Below are positions 63,166-64,000 of a DNA stretch of 64,000 bases, in pieces. Below the pieces are notes generated by a model, which saw only the letters and a list, made by a program, of their open reading frames with translations, ran no database searches and had not been told where the DNA came from. Location of the stretch: positions 1 to 64,000 of the forward strand of contig NIVC01003504.1 in the NCBI GenBank assembly GCA_002269645.1. Direction: 5' to 3'. The stretch's first letter is position 1. Each line of letters starts with the position of its first letter. The translations under genes were made by a program, and so were the position numbers. Origin of the DNA: Macrostomum lignano (taxonomy: Eukaryota).

Positions 63166-64000
63166 AGACACCAAACTGAATTTAAATTTAAATTTGGTGT
63201 CAGTTTATATAAAGAATTATTTAAATTTAAGTAAAATGCTCAACCTTTTCTCAGCTTGAAACAAATGAACTCAGCCACCGAATTTAAACCACTAAAAGTA
63301 GCATCATCTTAAACTGTGTTTTAAGTAACGAAAATGAGCAAAATTCTGAATTAATAAAACAAAGGAAACAAATTCTACAATAAAAGTCAGTCTCAGGCAC
63401 TCTGGAATCCGGACAGAAAAAATCTTTGACTAAAGAAATGTCAGCAAAGGGTGCGCGGTTCTAATCAGGATGCAGTTCTACCAATAGCAAACAATGTAGC
63501 ATTTCCACAAAAATGTAAATTGCTTGTAAAATTAAAAAAGGGATAAAATTCAAAATCTTATAATACAGAGGCTGGGGTAGCACGCCACAAAAACTGGTTA
63601 AGTACAAAACACGCTTCAAAAGGAATAAGCGGCACATTTTGTACAGAAGGCCCCGCTTAACAATGGCATATTTTAGATTAAAAGTACACATGACGCGTAG
63701 CTGTACAATGCGCAACTCATGACACATACTACTGACAAGGTAAGTAGCTTCAACGCGAGCTAGCGACCAGGCTGCCAGAGAATTTTTATTAGCTAAGCTA
63801 AGTAGAAAAAGTGAGAAAAAGCTCAATAATTGCGCATCAATACATATTAATGACGGATGAAGCAGACAGTTGAGCAGCTGCCGCGATTCGCTATGCAGTC
63901 TGATACAGATGGGGACAAAGGTTCAAATAGTGAGACAGTGGAATTCTGGAGAAGCAGACAGACAAACTCGTCAGACAAATTGAGCTGCATACCAGCCAGC

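Noticed and set aside
63461-63826. 121-aa ORF with TTG start
   Set aside because: AT-rich, no motif, and unlike the GC-rich coding style of the real genes here.

Overview
Eukaryotic (metazoan) genomic DNA, not prokaryotic. GC-rich exons, ~76-106 nt short GT-AG introns and minisatellite-filled long introns resemble the flatworm Macrostomum lignano (my inference, unverified). Four well-supported genes: (1) an intronless, divergent Polo-like kinase (5131-6834, -); (2) an intronless class A peptide GPCR (14369-15589, +); (3) a 26-exon TRPM2-like channel with a C-terminal NUDT9-homology domain (18049-42197, -; about 1813 aa, reconstructed by hand); (4) a hamlet/egl-43/MECOM/PRDM16-type zinc-finger factor (50942-53766, -). 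There is also an RWD-like exon (11382-11990, +), a tRNA-headed CORE-like SINE, a hAT-type MITE with an 8-bp TSD, a foldback-like inverted pair, and about 38 tandem arrays covering roughly 23 kb (~37%). Main signals: 15 of 16 long TRPM introns hold their own array(s); GACAG recurs in unrelated array units; several arrays amplify splice-donor, CCAAT or AATAAA motifs; the TRPM2-like channel keeps an invertebrate-type pore but has lost its Nudix and ADP-ribose residues; the PLK lacks the T-loop Thr and the phospho-pincer. Array boundaries are approximate (+/- one unit).
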